The notes: generated by a model not told the origin, from the sequence alone. DNA of 64,000 bases from an uncultured archaeon (GCA_964493715.1 CAZBPC010000002.1:73637-137636); one strand, 5' to 3'. Positions 21,188 through 32,877 are shown, numbered from the stretch's first letter. Made by a program: numbers and translations.

Positions 21188-21276
21188 TCTCTCTTTTCTT
21201 TCTATTTTATGGTTTGAAATTAGAAAATTAAAGCAGTTATTTCATTTTTATTTCATACTTATCCTTTTTTAACTCA

Positions 21277-22803
21277 ATGAGTGTTAAAGTGGGTACAGTT
21301 TTTAATTTCCTTCAATTACCAGATGTACATCAATTTCCATTTGTTATTGACAAATTAAATAATGAAAATATGGTTAAAAAAGGACAATTTGTTTACACTA
21401 TCTCAATTGAAGGATTTTTAATTGGAATGATTGAAAAAATCATTCTCTTAAACGAATATTTTTCAGATGCACTCACGATCAAGGCATATAATAGTAGTAG
21501 TAATCCTAATATCCTTAAAGGGTTATTCCCAAGCGATGAATTTGAATATGCCATTGCTATAGTGAAAAATTTAGGAATTATCGAATTTAAAGACGAAGAC
21601 AAGACGGAGATTAAATTAATAAAAAGAATGACATATCCCGCAAGTCCTGGAAAGAAAGTCTTCTTAGTCGAAGTAAATATCCTTAAAAAATTCATAGGAC
21701 TTGATAATGAAAATGGTTTAAATATTGGGAATTTAAAAATTGCGAAGATTGAAGCAAAAATTAACATTAACAGGTTACTCAATAAACACTTTTCAATTCT
21801 TTCTATTTCGGGAGGAGGAAAAAGTTATTTAACTTCAATTCTCTTAGAGGAATTACTCTCGCGTCCTAATTCAATAGGTACACCAGCAATAGTTCTCATA
21901 GACGTGCATGGAGAATATGCATACCTTAAATCAATTCCAGAACTTCAAGATAAGATTAAATTATTCGATGCTTTGTATCTTCAAATTTCTGTCCCCCAGA
22001 TGAATGCTTATAACTTTCGAAAATATCAAACGCAAATTTCCAGCGTCCAAGTTAGAGAACTCAATAATTTTATTAAAAAATTAAAGCAAGATAAATCTAA
22101 TAATGGTAATTATTCCCTAAAAGATATCATTACTCTTATTGATGATGAGAATGAAGGGAATAAAAGTACTCGTCAAGCTTTAGTCGGGTGGTTAGCAGAA
22201 TTAGAAAGATTAAATGTATTTGGGATCCAAGAAAATCCCATAATAAAAAACTCCATTAAACCTGGAGAATTAACAATTTTTAATTTTCAAAATGAGATTT
22301 CAATCAGAAAAAAACAAATTTTGGTAGACTATCTATGCAATCGACTCTTTTATATGCGACGGATGGATGAATTACCTCCTTTTCTTCTCATAATTGAAGA
22401 AGCTCATCAATTTTGTCCTGAAGCAGCTCAATCTAAAGCGATTTCAAAATCAATAATTGAAACTATAGCACGAGAAGGTAGAAAATTTATGGCTTGTTTA
22501 TGTCTAATTAGTCAAAGACCTAAAAAACTAAGTAGTACTGCACTTTCTCAAATGAATTCGAATATGATCTTAAACATTAAAAATCCTTATGATTTAAAGC
22601 ACCTTATGGATAGTTCTGAAGCCATAACTAAGGAATATGCCGATATGATTTCAAGTTTGGGTGTAGGTGAAACTTTACTTATGGGTAATGCGATAAATTA
22701 TCCGATCTTTATTGAAATTAGACCAAGAAAGTACAAATCTAAAGTTGAAGACCTTACATTATCTCAAGTATGTTTAAAGTGGAATGACAAACAATTAACT
22801 TAG
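21277..22803 (+). CDS. HerA/FtsK-like ATPase (DUF87)
   Basis: HFSILSISGGGKS, IDVHGEY, IEEAHQF, AREGRKF, SQRP. Confidence 0.88.
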   Translation: MSVKVGTVFNFLQLPDVHQFPFVIDKLNNENMVKKGQFVYTISIEGFLIGMIEKIILLNEYFSDALTIKAYNSSSNPNILKGLFPSDEFEYAIAIVKNLGIIEFKDEDKTEIKLIKRMTYPASPGKKVFLVEVNILKKFIGLDNENGLNIGNLKIAKIEAKININRLLNKHFSILSISGGGKSYLTSILLEELLSRPNSIGTPAIVLIDVHGEYAYLKSIPELQDKIKLFDALYLQISVPQMNAYNFRKYQTQISSVQVRELNNFIKKLKQDKSNNGNYSLKDIITLIDDENEGNKSTRQALVGWLAELERLNVFGIQENPIIKNSIKPGELTIFNFQNEISIRKKQILVDYLCNRLFYMRRMDELPPFLLIIEEAHQFCPEAAQSKAISKSIIETIAREGRKFMACLCLISQRPKKLSSTALSQMNSNMILNIKNPYDLKHLMDSSEAITKEYADMISSLGVGETLLMGNAINYPIFIEIRPRKYKSKVEDLTLSQVCLKWNDKQLT

Positions 22804-23013
22804 TTTTTCCATCACTTCATCTCTTATCTCTTGATTTGTCTTATTAAGAACTATCATATTCTTGTTCTTTGAGACTCTAAATAGATTAATAATATTTCTA
22901 CTCTCAAGTTTCATAAATATTTCTTCTAGTAACAGACTATTGACAAAAGGGAACTCCTTCTTTAATAATTCTTCCAAACGTTTGTCTAGGATTTCCCCTC
23001 TATTTTCTATCAA
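22795..23013 (-). CDS. Small hypothetical protein (possible winged-helix); frame extends upstream to about 23067
   Basis: EEIFMKLESRNIINL helix-wing-like pattern; directly downstream of cdc48. Confidence 0.55.
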   Translation of the reverse strand: MIENRGEILDKRLEELLKKEFPFVNSLLLEEIFMKLESRNIINLFRVSKNKNMIVLNKTNQEIRDEVMEKLS

Positions 23014-23144
23014 GATCTCAATAATAGAGTTAACGATTGGCTTTTGATTCCAGCGATTTGATTCGATTTCATATCACCTTTTATTTTAAATAGAAATAGC
23101 TTGTATATAAATAAATATTGAATTTTAAATTAAGTTTGTGAATA

Positions 23145-25376
23145 TTACACAAACAATCTATCCTCTTTTGATTTCTCAATTATTCGACTTTTGAGTTTTT
23201 CTCCAAATTGAGTATACCACTTGATCATTTCTGCTGAGATACTAGGGTTGGTAATTTCTCTGGCCTCTTTAAAATGTTCTAATGTTACTTTTCGAGCACG
23301 CATATTTTCCCTTAATGCAATCATTGCAGCTTCTCGACACAAGGTTTCAATATCTGCTCCAGAAAATCCCTTAAGCCTTTCATTTAATTTTTTAATAGTA
23401 ATGTCATTTGCGAGTGGCATTTTTTTTGTAAATATCTTTAAAATTGCTTCCCTCTCTGCTTCATCTGGAGGAGGAACCAATAAGATTCGATCGATCCTTC
23501 CAGGTCTAATTAAGGCAGGATCTAAAATGTCTGGACGATTTGTTGCGGCAATCACTAAAATGTCTTTTGTAATTTCTAGCCCATCCAATTCAGTCAAGAA
23601 TTGAGATAATACTTTTTCTGTCACTCCCGAATCTGAAGTGTACCTACCCCTGCTTGGTGCGATGGAGTCAAATTCATCAAAGAAAATAATGCATGGTGCT
23701 GCTAATTTTGCCATTCGAAAGACTTCTCGAATTGCTTTTTCACTTTCTCCTACGAATTTTGATAAGAGTTCTGGACCTTTGACAGAAATGAAATTTGCTT
23801 TACTTTCATTAGCAACTGCTCTAGCAAGAAGCGTCTTTCCACATCCAGGAGGCCCGTAAAGTAATATTCCCTTTGGAGGGGTAATTCCCATTCTAGAAAA
23901 TATATTAGGGTGTGATAAAGGCCAATCTACTGATTCTATTAATTTTTGTTTTAAATCCTCTAATCCACCAATTTGATCCCACTTAACATTTGGTACCTCT
24001 ACAAATACTTCTCGTATACCTGAAGGTAAAACTTCTTTCATTGCATTTTCAAAATCTTCCTTGGTAACACTAATTTGTTCCAATAATTCGGGATCAATAC
24101 TATCAGATTCTAAATTTATTTGAGGTAAATATCGTCTCAATGATGACATGGCCGCTTCTCTGCAAACAGCTGAAATATCTGCTCCAACAAAACCATGGGT
24201 GATGTTAGCAAATTCTTTCAGTTGAATTTTCTTCTCTAAAGGCATGTTTCTAGTATGTATCATGAAAATTTCCAACCTCCCTTTTTCATTAGGTACTTTT
24301 ATTTCAATCTCGCGATCAAATCTTCCCGGTCGCCTTAGAGCAGAATCTAAGCTATTCGGTCTATTTGTTGCTCCAATTACGATGACCTTTCCTCTACCAT
24401 GAAGACCATCCATTAATGCAAGTAACTGAGCTACAACTCTACGCTCAACTTCTCCCGTAACAGTTTCTCTTTTAGGAGCTATTGCATCAATTTCATCAAT
24501 AAATATAATCGAAGGGCTTTTTTCTTCAGCTTCTTCAAAAAGTTTACGTAATTTTTTTTCGGATTCGCCATAAAATTTACTCATTATTTCAGGTCCGTTA
24601 ATAGATATAAAATGAGCCTCACTTTCATTCGCAACTGCTTTAGCTAATAGTGTTTTACCACAACCTGGGGGACCTCTTAATAAAACTCCTTTTGGAGGAT
24701 CAATACCTAATCTTTTAAACAAAGAGGGATGTCTAAGAGGTAGTTCAACCATTTCTCTTACTCGTTCAATCTCTCTATCCAAACCACCTACATTTTCGTA
24801 AGTAAGGTATTCAGAGCCTTTCTCTTCATCATCTGTAACGACTTCACTGATATTTAATTGCGTTTCGGGTTTAATCAAACACACACCATTAGGTCTCATG
24901 CTTATAACCTTAAATGCAATTTCTCTACTAATTCCTATTGAAATATAGATAAAATCATCAATAGTTATAGGATAATTATTTAAGCGCCTTTTTACGAAAT
25001 TTTCAAAACGGGGATTCGTTCTAATTTTTACATTGGAGGGTGCTAATACAATATTTTGAGCAGGTAATGCCTTGACCTTCCGAATTTCGATGGTGTCATC
25101 TATGCTCGTACCTGTATTTTTTCGTAGTCTGGAATCGATTCTAATTATCCCTAAACCACTATCTTGAGGATAACTAGGCCACGCAATTCCCGCACTTTCC
25201 TTTTTTCCAATCAATGAAATCACATCACCAGTTTTAATCAGTAATTTCTCCATCGTAAGTGGATCAATTCTAATGATATTCCTTCCAATATCTCTTTTTT
25301 TTGCTTTTTGGACTCTTAAAGTTAATTTTTGTCCTCCTTTTTCATCTTTCCCATTTTGATTATCTTTTGTTGACAT
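23145..25376 (-). CDS. cdc48: CDC48/VAT (p97) AAA+ ATPase
   Basis: N-domain plus two AAA modules (GPPGCGKT twice, FIDEID/FFDEFD, RPGRFD/RPGRID). Confidence 0.95.
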   Translation of the reverse strand: MSTKDNQNGKDEKGGQKLTLRVQKAKKRDIGRNIIRIDPLTMEKLLIKTGDVISLIGKKESAGIAWPSYPQDSGLGIIRIDSRLRKNTGTSIDDTIEIRKVKALPAQNIVLAPSNVKIRTNPRFENFVKRRLNNYPITIDDFIYISIGISREIAFKVISMRPNGVCLIKPETQLNISEVVTDDEEKGSEYLTYENVGGLDREIERVREMVELPLRHPSLFKRLGIDPPKGVLLRGPPGCGKTLLAKAVANESEAHFISINGPEIMSKFYGESEKKLRKLFEEAEEKSPSIIFIDEIDAIAPKRETVTGEVERRVVAQLLALMDGLHGRGKVIVIGATNRPNSLDSALRRPGRFDREIEIKVPNEKGRLEIFMIHTRNMPLEKKIQLKEFANITHGFVGADISAVCREAAMSSLRRYLPQINLESDSIDPELLEQISVTKEDFENAMKEVLPSGIREVFVEVPNVKWDQIGGLEDLKQKLIESVDWPLSHPNIFSRMGITPPKGILLYGPPGCGKTLLARAVANESKANFISVKGPELLSKFVGESEKAIREVFRMAKLAAPCIIFFDEFDSIAPSRGRYTSDSGVTEKVLSQFLTELDGLEITKDILVIAATNRPDILDPALIRPGRIDRILLVPPPDEAEREAILKIFTKKMPLANDITIKKLNERLKGFSGADIETLCREAAMIALRENMRARKVTLEHFKEAREITNPSISAEMIKWYTQFGEKLKSRIIEKSKEDRLFV

Positions 25377-25455
25377 CTTCGATCGATTCTTTTTTAAAAG
25401 TTTATTTTAATAATAATTAAATTTGTAAAAATTTTTCCATTTTATAATAAATATT

Positions 25456-26505
25456 TTATTTGAAAAAACTATCCAAAGATATTTGCTTTTTTGCTGAATC
25501 TAAATCCTTTAACTTTTTAAGAGCACTATCAATTCTATTTTGAGAAAAATTATGCTTTTCTACAAGCAGTTCATCTACTTTATCATAATCTACTTTTCCC
25601 CATAAAATCTTTGGATAATTAGAATTAATGGTTGGATTCAAAAAGATATCTTTAACACGTTGAACTAATTCTATATCGAAATTTATTTTTTTTCCAGATA
25701 CTTGGATATTATTCTTGAGAATGTTTTCTAATGAATTGTGCTTTTTTATCAAATCTAATGCTTTATGTTGCCCGATTCCTTTAATGCCTGGGAAAAAATC
25801 TGTACCAATAAGGATTCCCATATCTATGAGCTGTTCCCGAGTAATTCCCAAATTAATTAAAAATTTAGAAAGAGAAATATATTCAATATCTAAGGAAACT
25901 GTTGTATCTTTTACTTTTTTACTACGGTTTACACTAAAGTTGCGTAGAAATCGTTCACATCCAAATAATAAAGTGTCATAATCTTGAGATGCACTAGCCC
26001 AAGCATCTCCTCTATTTACTAAATACGCAGCTTGTGCTTCCCCTTCTGAAGCTGCCTCTATAACGGGAATGCCCATGTATAACAGCAATGATTTACTTTC
26101 TTCAATCATATCATGATCCAATTTGGAGGTTAATTGAGCAAATTTTCTAGCTTCTCTAAAATCTTCTTCTTCCTGAGCCTTTATCATTTTCTCTTGCGCT
26201 TCTACTTTAACTTTTCGCCTTTCGTTAATTGTTTCTAATTTCAATTCTGGTGGTTTTCCATCAAATACATAAATTGGTTTAATGTTATACTCTAAAAACT
26301 TAATATTCCGATAAAATAATCCCGATAAATGAGAAGTTACATTTCCTTCCAAATCCATCAGCAAAGTACCATCTCGTTGCCGAATAATTGCTAAAAATTG
26401 GTAAATAGTGTTAAATGCATCAATCGCTATCTTTTTATTTAACAGATTTTCGAAAGAGATAGTTTTCCGTACATCTTTTACTAATTCATTTATCTTGACT
26501 CCCAT
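25456..26505 (-). CDS. fen: Flap endonuclease 1
   Basis: MGV, IDAFNTIYQFL, EGEAQAA, SQDYD, GTDF; C-terminal PIP box QISLDSFF. Confidence 0.95.
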   Translation of the reverse strand: MGVKINELVKDVRKTISFENLLNKKIAIDAFNTIYQFLAIIRQRDGTLLMDLEGNVTSHLSGLFYRNIKFLEYNIKPIYVFDGKPPELKLETINERRKVKVEAQEKMIKAQEEEDFREARKFAQLTSKLDHDMIEESKSLLLYMGIPVIEAASEGEAQAAYLVNRGDAWASASQDYDTLLFGCERFLRNFSVNRSKKVKDTTVSLDIEYISLSKFLINLGITREQLIDMGILIGTDFFPGIKGIGQHKALDLIKKHNSLENILKNNIQVSGKKINFDIELVQRVKDIFLNPTINSNYPKILWGKVDYDKVDELLVEKHNFSQNRIDSALKKLKDLDSAKKQISLDSFFK

Positions 26506-26567
26506 TTTGTCATCTTCTCAAGTATTTCAATATATGAGTAGGCATGTTTATTTATAATTTCCACCAT

Positions 26568-27125
26568 TTAATTTTGAATATCTATTTTAGGTCTCCTTTT
26601 AAGCCGAGAACCACAATCTTCACATAATTCGTTTAATTTTTCATTTTTATGAATTGTTTGGCAATGAGGACAATAAACTTCGAATATAATTTGGTGTTCA
26701 ATTCCGTTTTTAAATAAAGATCTTACAGTAATATTTAGCTCAAAACAAAGATTTTGGATTGAATAATCATTTGTGAAGATTTCTACATCAAAGGAATTCA
26801 TTAATTCTAAAGCAAGTGCTATGATACTATAATCTTGATCAGATAACGCTTTTAAGTCTCCTGTATTTTTTGCTATGCTTTTCGCGTGGCTAATATATTT
26901 TTCAGTAGGATTTTTAATAACTAATTTCCTACTCTCCACAGCAGCTTCTATTCTATTGATAATATTCCTATTACGAGATTCATATCTTATAACTTCAATC
27001 TCATTAATAATATCTGGGGTAGTATATATCTTGTTTGGAAACAAGTTAAAATCAACGCCCAAGAGAAATATGTTGGTATCAAAAATTAGAATTGAACTCT
27101 TCTTCTGATTCCGGGCTGTCATCAA
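26568..27125 (-). CDS. nob1: Nob1-like PIN endonuclease with Zn ribbon
   Basis: DTNIF, TGDLKALSDQD, TNDYSIQN, CPHC..CEDCG. Confidence 0.88.
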   Translation of the reverse strand: MMTARNQKKSSILIFDTNIFLLGVDFNLFPNKIYTTPDIINEIEVIRYESRNRNIINRIEAAVESRKLVIKNPTEKYISHAKSIAKNTGDLKALSDQDYSIIALALELMNSFDVEIFTNDYSIQNLCFELNITVRSLFKNGIEHQIIFEVYCPHCQTIHKNEKLNELCEDCGSRLKRRPKIDIQN

Positions 27126-28011
27126 GAGGAACTCTTACTGTACCTATAATTTTTTTTCTTAATCGGTTTATATAGTTAGTACTTAGATCTTTCGATAAAC
27201 GTATAAATTTGGAATTAGAATTGGATTTGCGAATCTTGATTATTGTATTAGGTTGTATTTTTTTAAATGTTCTCTGCCCATCAATAATTATTTTTGCGTT
27301 TAACCTTGGTCTTAGCAATTGAATTTCGATTTCACTGCTAATAGGAAGGATGATGGGTTTAAGACCAGATCTGGCATAACTATTAATGGGTGTTAATTCC
27401 ATTATATCTACTGAAGGATCAACAATTGCCCCGCCCGCGCTTAAATTATATGCTGTTGAACCCACAGAGGTTGAAATTATAATACCATCCAAATAACTTC
27501 TGTTTAAGTAAGTTCCATTGATTTTTACAGAGACTAAGAGTACTTTTGAACTTTTAGATGAAACAATTAAGATTTCATTTAGAGCATTATTAAGTTTTAT
27601 CTCATCAGATTCTCTAACGATATATGCGGCTATTTTAGAGCAGGTCTCGATTATAAATTCACCATTCAATATTTTGATTAAATCATTGAACACCGTTCTT
27701 TCATTAGTTTCATCTAAAAAGCCGATAGAACCGATATTTATACCTAAGATTGGAGGAGGATTCCGTTGAGACAATCCACTAGCTACTCTCAACACTGTAC
27801 CATCACCTCCAGCAGAAATAATAAATTTTGTATTCTCTGCCGTCATCTCTTTTAGATCCATTCCATTATGAGGTAATATTTTAGGTGCTATTCTAGTTTC
27901 TAAATGTACTATTTCGCCTTTTTTTATCAAGAATTCAAAAATATCCTTAGTTAATTTAATTGCTCTTTCCGAATCCATCCTACACGCTAAACTTATAGCT
28001 TTTTTCTCCAT
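27079..28011 (-). CDS. nadK: NAD kinase
   Basis: GGDGT, GSIGFL, LNE, DG..STSVGSTAYNLSAGG. Confidence 0.92.
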   Translation of the reverse strand: MEKKAISLACRMDSERAIKLTKDIFEFLIKKGEIVHLETRIAPKILPHNGMDLKEMTAENTKFIISAGGDGTVLRVASGLSQRNPPPILGINIGSIGFLDETNERTVFNDLIKILNGEFIIETCSKIAAYIVRESDEIKLNNALNEILIVSSKSSKVLLVSVKINGTYLNRSYLDGIIISTSVGSTAYNLSAGGAIVDPSVDIMELTPINSYARSGLKPIILPISSEIEIQLLRPRLNAKIIIDGQRTFKKIQPNTIIKIRKSNSNSKFIRLSKDLSTNYINRLRKKIIGTVRVPLDDSPESEEEFNSNF

Positions 28012-28098
28012 TTAACTCAAGATTTAATCGGATTATGAAACTCAAATAACAAAATTTGAATATGAATTAATAAAAATAAAGTATTGTCTTAAATATCC

Positions 28099-28527
28099 TT
28101 AATTTATTATAACTCTATTAATTAATGACTTCCCTGCAAGTTGCCAATACTCTACTTGAGCAGTAGACAGCTTTTTTGGATTTGCTTGTAATTCCTTTAA
28201 TTTTGCGATTGAATCCTCATCTTTGGGCCAAGCAACATCCACCGATTCATAAGTTTGGAGATTCATTATATTGATTAATTTCTCTTCAATAAAATTAATC
28301 TGAGCATTATCTTTTATGATTTCTGGTACTTCACACATGTGTCCACTTGGAATCGTAATTGATCTTTTACCATTGTCAAATACTCCCACACAAACAACTC
28401 TGACTTTTGCGTGTCCGTGTTTACCTGATTTGCTTCTTTCTGTGGCCTTGATTATGCAAGGTTCATCATCTACCATTATATATTGACCTGTCTTTAATTT
28501 CTGAATCTCAATTCGCTTTATTGACAT
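28099..28527 (-). CDS. eif5a: Translation factor aIF5A
   Basis: SKSGKHGHAK hypusine motif. Confidence 0.95.
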   Translation of the reverse strand: MSIKRIEIQKLKTGQYIMVDDEPCIIKATERSKSGKHGHAKVRVVCVGVFDNGKRSITIPSGHMCEVPEIIKDNAQINFIEEKLINIMNLQTYESVDVAWPKDEDSIAKLKELQANPKKLSTAQVEYWQLAGKSLINRVIIN

Positions 28528-28751
28528 TTTTGTTATACCACCTATTCTCCAAATATTTTAAAAAATTGTATTTATTTTTTCTGATATTCAATAATATGTT
28601 TATTCTAAAATAAGTTTTTTATATGTTTTTAAAATTGTTTATATTTTTAAAGTTTTAAGATGTGTCAATTATCTGAAACATTAAATAAGAATTTAATATT
28701 ATCACAGATTTAAATATATTAAGTATAAAAAACGCGAGTTATGATTCTATA

Positions 28752-30125
28752 ATGGTTCTAGAGCAACTTGGTAGATCCTTGGATAATATTTTACGGAAAA
28801 TAAGGAGATTACCTCAAATAGATAAAGAAGCAATTAATGCACTTATGCAAGAAATACAGCGTAGCTTGTTTCAGGCTGATGTAAAGGCAGAATTAGTCCT
28901 TGAAACGACTGAAAACATAAAAAAAGAAGCAATGAATACCACACTTAAACGCGCTCAAAGAAAAGATTATATAATCAAACTTATTCACGATCAACTTATT
29001 AAAATTCTCGGAGGAAAACCCGCACCAATAAGAATAAAGTCGGGGAAACACAATGTGATTTTACTTGTAGGTATTCAAGGTTCAGGTAAAACCACGACTA
29101 TTGGGAAGTTAGCTCGCTTTTATAAAAGCAAAGGTTATAAAGTTGCATCAGTCACCACAGACACGTGGAGACCAGGTGCATATGAGCAGCTAGTTCAATT
29201 GTCTGATCAGGTTGGAATCAAGTGTTATGGAAACCCGACTGAGAAAAATGCTATTAAGATAGCAGTGAAAGAAACTAAAAAAGCAATAAATGATGGACAC
29301 GATATAATTCTTGTTGATACAGCTGGGCGTCATAAGGAAGAAAAAGAATTAATGAAAGAAATGACTCAAATTGAAAGTGCTTTAAAACCCAATGAAGTTA
29401 TTCTGGTTATTGATGGAACATTGGGGCAGCAAGCTTATAATCAAGCAGAAGCATTTTCGAAATCTACTAATATTGGAAGTATTATCGTTACCAAATTGGA
29501 TGGAAGTGCCAAAGGTGGAGGCGCTCTATCTGCATGTGCCGCTACGGGTCAATCAATAAGGTTTATAGGAGTTGGAGAAAAAATTGATGAATTGGAAGAA
29601 TTTCAACCAACTGCATTTGTCGGAACATTATTAGGAAAACCCGACTTAGAAGGGTTGGTTAAAGCAGTGCAAGACGCAGAAGTAGATATAGATTCCGATA
29701 TGCAAAAACGGATGATGAGGGGAAAGTTCACATTGGAAGATCTCTATTATCAATTAAAAAGCATTAAGAAAGTAGGAAAAATGAAGCAAATTTTAGCAAT
29801 GATGGGGGGCGGTAATATCCCAGATGTATTAAAAGAAGATGCCGAGAAAAATCTGGAACGATGGGAGGTTGTACTCAATTCGATGACATCAGAAGAAAAA
29901 GAGGACCCAAAATTAATTAAAAAAACTAGAAAACGACGGATCGCGATTGGAAGCGGTACAGATTACTCAACTATAAATAAAATGCTTGATCAATACAACC
30001 AAATGAAGAAATTTATGAAGCGATTCCTACAAATGCAAAAAAAAGGTAAAGGTAAAGGAATGCCAGGCTTAGGAAACATTGATCCTTCCTTTTTAAATAA
30101 ACTAGGAAAGGATTTTAAATTTTAA
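28752..30125 (+). CDS. srp54: Signal recognition particle protein SRP54
   Basis: GIQGSGKTT, DTAGRH, TKLDGSAKGGG, Met-rich M domain. Confidence 0.95.
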   Translation: MVLEQLGRSLDNILRKIRRLPQIDKEAINALMQEIQRSLFQADVKAELVLETTENIKKEAMNTTLKRAQRKDYIIKLIHDQLIKILGGKPAPIRIKSGKHNVILLVGIQGSGKTTTIGKLARFYKSKGYKVASVTTDTWRPGAYEQLVQLSDQVGIKCYGNPTEKNAIKIAVKETKKAINDGHDIILVDTAGRHKEEKELMKEMTQIESALKPNEVILVIDGTLGQQAYNQAEAFSKSTNIGSIIVTKLDGSAKGGGALSACAATGQSIRFIGVGEKIDELEEFQPTAFVGTLLGKPDLEGLVKAVQDAEVDIDSDMQKRMMRGKFTLEDLYYQLKSIKKVGKMKQILAMMGGGNIPDVLKEDAEKNLERWEVVLNSMTSEEKEDPKLIKKTRKRRIAIGSGTDYSTINKMLDQYNQMKKFMKRFLQMQKKGKGKGMPGLGNIDPSFLNKLGKDFKF

Positions 30126-30140
30126 AATGAAAATAAGTAA

Positions 30141-30764
30141 ATGATAAATTTGCTATTATTCTTAATTTTAAATAATAGTTATACTAAATATAATAAGAAA
30201 GATATTGATATAGGCAATACCCCTCTTGATGTATATAAATTATGCTCTGGAATCCGAGAATTTTTTTGTTTATCCTACGCAATAAGGAAGAGTAACATAT
30301 TATATTTATACTTTCATTCAGATCTCAAAATTATTAAATTAGATGGATCTAAACTAAGATTTTTAGGATCAGATGAACGATCTCAAGCATTATTATTATT
30401 AAAAGCATTAGAGAAATCGAGCACCTTAATTAATGAAAAATGGGAGAGATCGACTCCGGGTATTTATATGATGAAATTATTAAAACCGCTAAATATTGAT
30501 TGGCTTATTAAGAACTTGAGTTTTGAACGGATTTTCTTAATCAATCAATCAAAAAATTTTTGTCTCCAAAATGAATTTAATAATAATAATTTCACATCCC
30601 AAGATCTTTTTATTATTGTAAACGATTTAGGTGATGAATTTGTAAGAGAATTGTTTGATAATATGGATTCCTCAACTAATATAATACAAATAAGCTTTTC
30701 AGGAATAAAATCTTTAGAAAACAAAATATTATATATTAATTATCTACTAGATCAACTAAAATAA
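30141..30764 (+). CDS. TrmY-like (SPOUT) protein, divergent
   Basis: LDV..LCS..FCLSYAIR and LRFLGSDERS resemble the TrmY N-terminal motifs; SAM-binding knot poorly conserved. Confidence 0.5.
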   Translation: MINLLLFLILNNSYTKYNKKDIDIGNTPLDVYKLCSGIREFFCLSYAIRKSNILYLYFHSDLKIIKLDGSKLRFLGSDERSQALLLLKALEKSSTLINEKWERSTPGIYMMKLLKPLNIDWLIKNLSFERIFLINQSKNFCLQNEFNNNNFTSQDLFIIVNDLGDEFVRELFDNMDSSTNIIQISFSGIKSLENKILYINYLLDQLK

Positions 30765-30784
30765 TAAGTAAAATAGCGTTTCTA

Positions 30785-32194
30785 ATGATTTTAAAGAATG
30801 CGAAAATATTTATTGAAAATAAATTAATAGACGGAGCGCTATTTATCCAATCAGGCAAAATTCAATCAATAATTAAATTCCCCAATGAAGAAAAAATTGA
30901 AAAGATTAGATCGAATAATAGAAAAATAGTTGAGATTGATTGTGAAAAGAGAATTATTTTACCCGGTATAATCGATATTCATGCTCATTTACGTGATATG
31001 GGGCAAGAAGAAAAAGAAACTTTTCAAACTGGGACTAAAGCAGCGTTATTTTCGGGAATAACAACCGTATTGAATATGCCAAACACTAAACCTCCTGCTA
31101 TATCAGAAGACCAAGTTAAAAAATGGATGGAGCGAGCGCGAGATAATATCTATACTAATGTAGGATTCATTTCAGGCGTTCCTAAAAACATTAGTGAGGA
31201 GGAAATAAAAAAAATATTAGATTTAGGAGTATTTGGATTTAAAATCTATCCTTTATCACCAATAAGTGATATTGATTGGAACGATCCAGATAATTTATTA
31301 AATATCCTTAGAATTTCAGCTAAATATAGTATTCCAATTTTCATCCATGCAGATTATCCTTTACTCGAAGAAGAAAAAGATAAAATAAAGCAAAAAATAA
31401 AAAATAACAATGTCAAATTTCTAAAAATTCATAATGATCTTTATCCTGAGGAAAATGAGGCTAAATTTATAAAATACGTTCTAACTAATTATGATAAAGT
31501 CATTAATGATAATAAATCACAAATTAGGAATCTTCCAGTAATACATTTTTGTCATGTTAGCTGTAAACAGAGTTATGAATTATTATCTAACTTATCTAAA
31601 GATTACGATATTTCTTTTGAAGTGACACCTCACCATTTATTACTTTCTCAAGAAATTTTATTAGAAAACGAGAGTTTTGGTAAAGTACTTCCTCCACTGA
31701 GGAAAAAAAGTGAAGCAGAATTCCTTTTCAGTAAATTAAAAAAAGGAGAGATTAAATTTATTGGAACTGATCATGCTCCCCATACAATGAATGAGAAATC
31801 TCAGCATTTTTTTGAAGCGCCATCAGGTTTTCCCGGTTTTGAAACATATGCTCTCAAAATACTTGAAAAAGTTTTTGAAAATATTTTACCTCTTGAGTAT
31901 TTCGTAAAAGCAGCATCTGAAAATCCCGCTAAGAGGTTTAACATTATTAGGAAGGGATTTATCAAAAAAGGTTATGATGCTGATTTACTAATTATCGAAA
32001 AAATTACTCCTACTCATTTAAACTCCAAACTATTTATATCTAAAGCTAAGTTTACTCCATTCGAAAACTTAAACAGTTCAGACAGAAGCTCTAATGTTTT
32101 AATATGGAAAATCTTTTTAGAAGGTTCTGAAATTTCGTTGAATGAAACTTTTCCAAAAGGTAAAATGATATATAGAAGTACAATAAAAATATAA
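30785..32194 (+). CDS. pyrC: Dihydroorotase (amidohydrolase family)
   Basis: DIHAHLR, MPNTKP, HFCHVS, EVTPHHL, TDHAPH. Confidence 0.88.
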   Translation: MILKNAKIFIENKLIDGALFIQSGKIQSIIKFPNEEKIEKIRSNNRKIVEIDCEKRIILPGIIDIHAHLRDMGQEEKETFQTGTKAALFSGITTVLNMPNTKPPAISEDQVKKWMERARDNIYTNVGFISGVPKNISEEEIKKILDLGVFGFKIYPLSPISDIDWNDPDNLLNILRISAKYSIPIFIHADYPLLEEEKDKIKQKIKNNNVKFLKIHNDLYPEENEAKFIKYVLTNYDKVINDNKSQIRNLPVIHFCHVSCKQSYELLSNLSKDYDISFEVTPHHLLLSQEILLENESFGKVLPPLRKKSEAEFLFSKLKKGEIKFIGTDHAPHTMNEKSQHFFEAPSGFPGFETYALKILEKVFENILPLEYFVKAASENPAKRFNIIRKGFIKKGYDADLLIIEKITPTHLNSKLFISKAKFTPFENLNSSDRSSNVLIWKIFLEGSEISLNETFPKGKMIYRSTIKI

Positions 32195-32244
32195 GATTTG
32201 AAATTCTAAATTAATTAAAAAAACAATAACTATCTTGAATTAAA

Positions 32245-32877
32245 ATGTTTAAAGACAAAGAATTTGGATTAGACGATGGAAAAACCCTTATTAAATTTGC
32301 TCGAGAAAATATTGAGCATTATTTGAAAACATCACAAAGAATGGAAGTACCATCAAACATCAAAAATAAATATTATGATAAATATGGTGTTTTTGTAACC
32401 TTAAATGAATACAATGCTGAGGGAAACCCCTTAAGAGGGTGTATAGGTTATATCGAGCCCGTATACCCACTATATGAAGTCATTCATAGGGTATCGATTA
32501 GTTCCGCAGTAGAGGATTATCGATTTAATTCAGTTACTTTTAAAGATATGGATAATATAATCATCGAAATTTCTATTTTAACACCTCCAAAATTAATTGA
32601 AGTTATGGACCCAAAAGAATATTTTGATAAAATAGTAATTGGAAGGGATGGGCTAATAGCTGAAAAAGGAATGAAGCGTGGTCTACTTCTACCTCAAGTT
32701 CCTATAGATCATGGGAGGAATTGGGATGTAGAGACATTCCTTAAACATACTTGTAATAAAACTGGGCTTTCTGAGAATGCTTGGAAAGATAAGCAAACAA
32801 AAATTTTTTCATTTCAAGCAATACTTTTTGAAGAGCTTAAACCAAGAGGAGAAGTTGTGAGAAAATATTTAATTTAA
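32245..32877 (+). CDS. AMMECR1 domain protein
   Basis: GVFVTL, LRGCIG, GLLLPQV. Confidence 0.92.
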   Translation: MFKDKEFGLDDGKTLIKFARENIEHYLKTSQRMEVPSNIKNKYYDKYGVFVTLNEYNAEGNPLRGCIGYIEPVYPLYEVIHRVSISSAVEDYRFNSVTFKDMDNIIIEISILTPPKLIEVMDPKEYFDKIVIGRDGLIAEKGMKRGLLLPQVPIDHGRNWDVETFLKHTCNKTGLSENAWKDKQTKIFSFQAILFEELKPRGEVVRKYLI

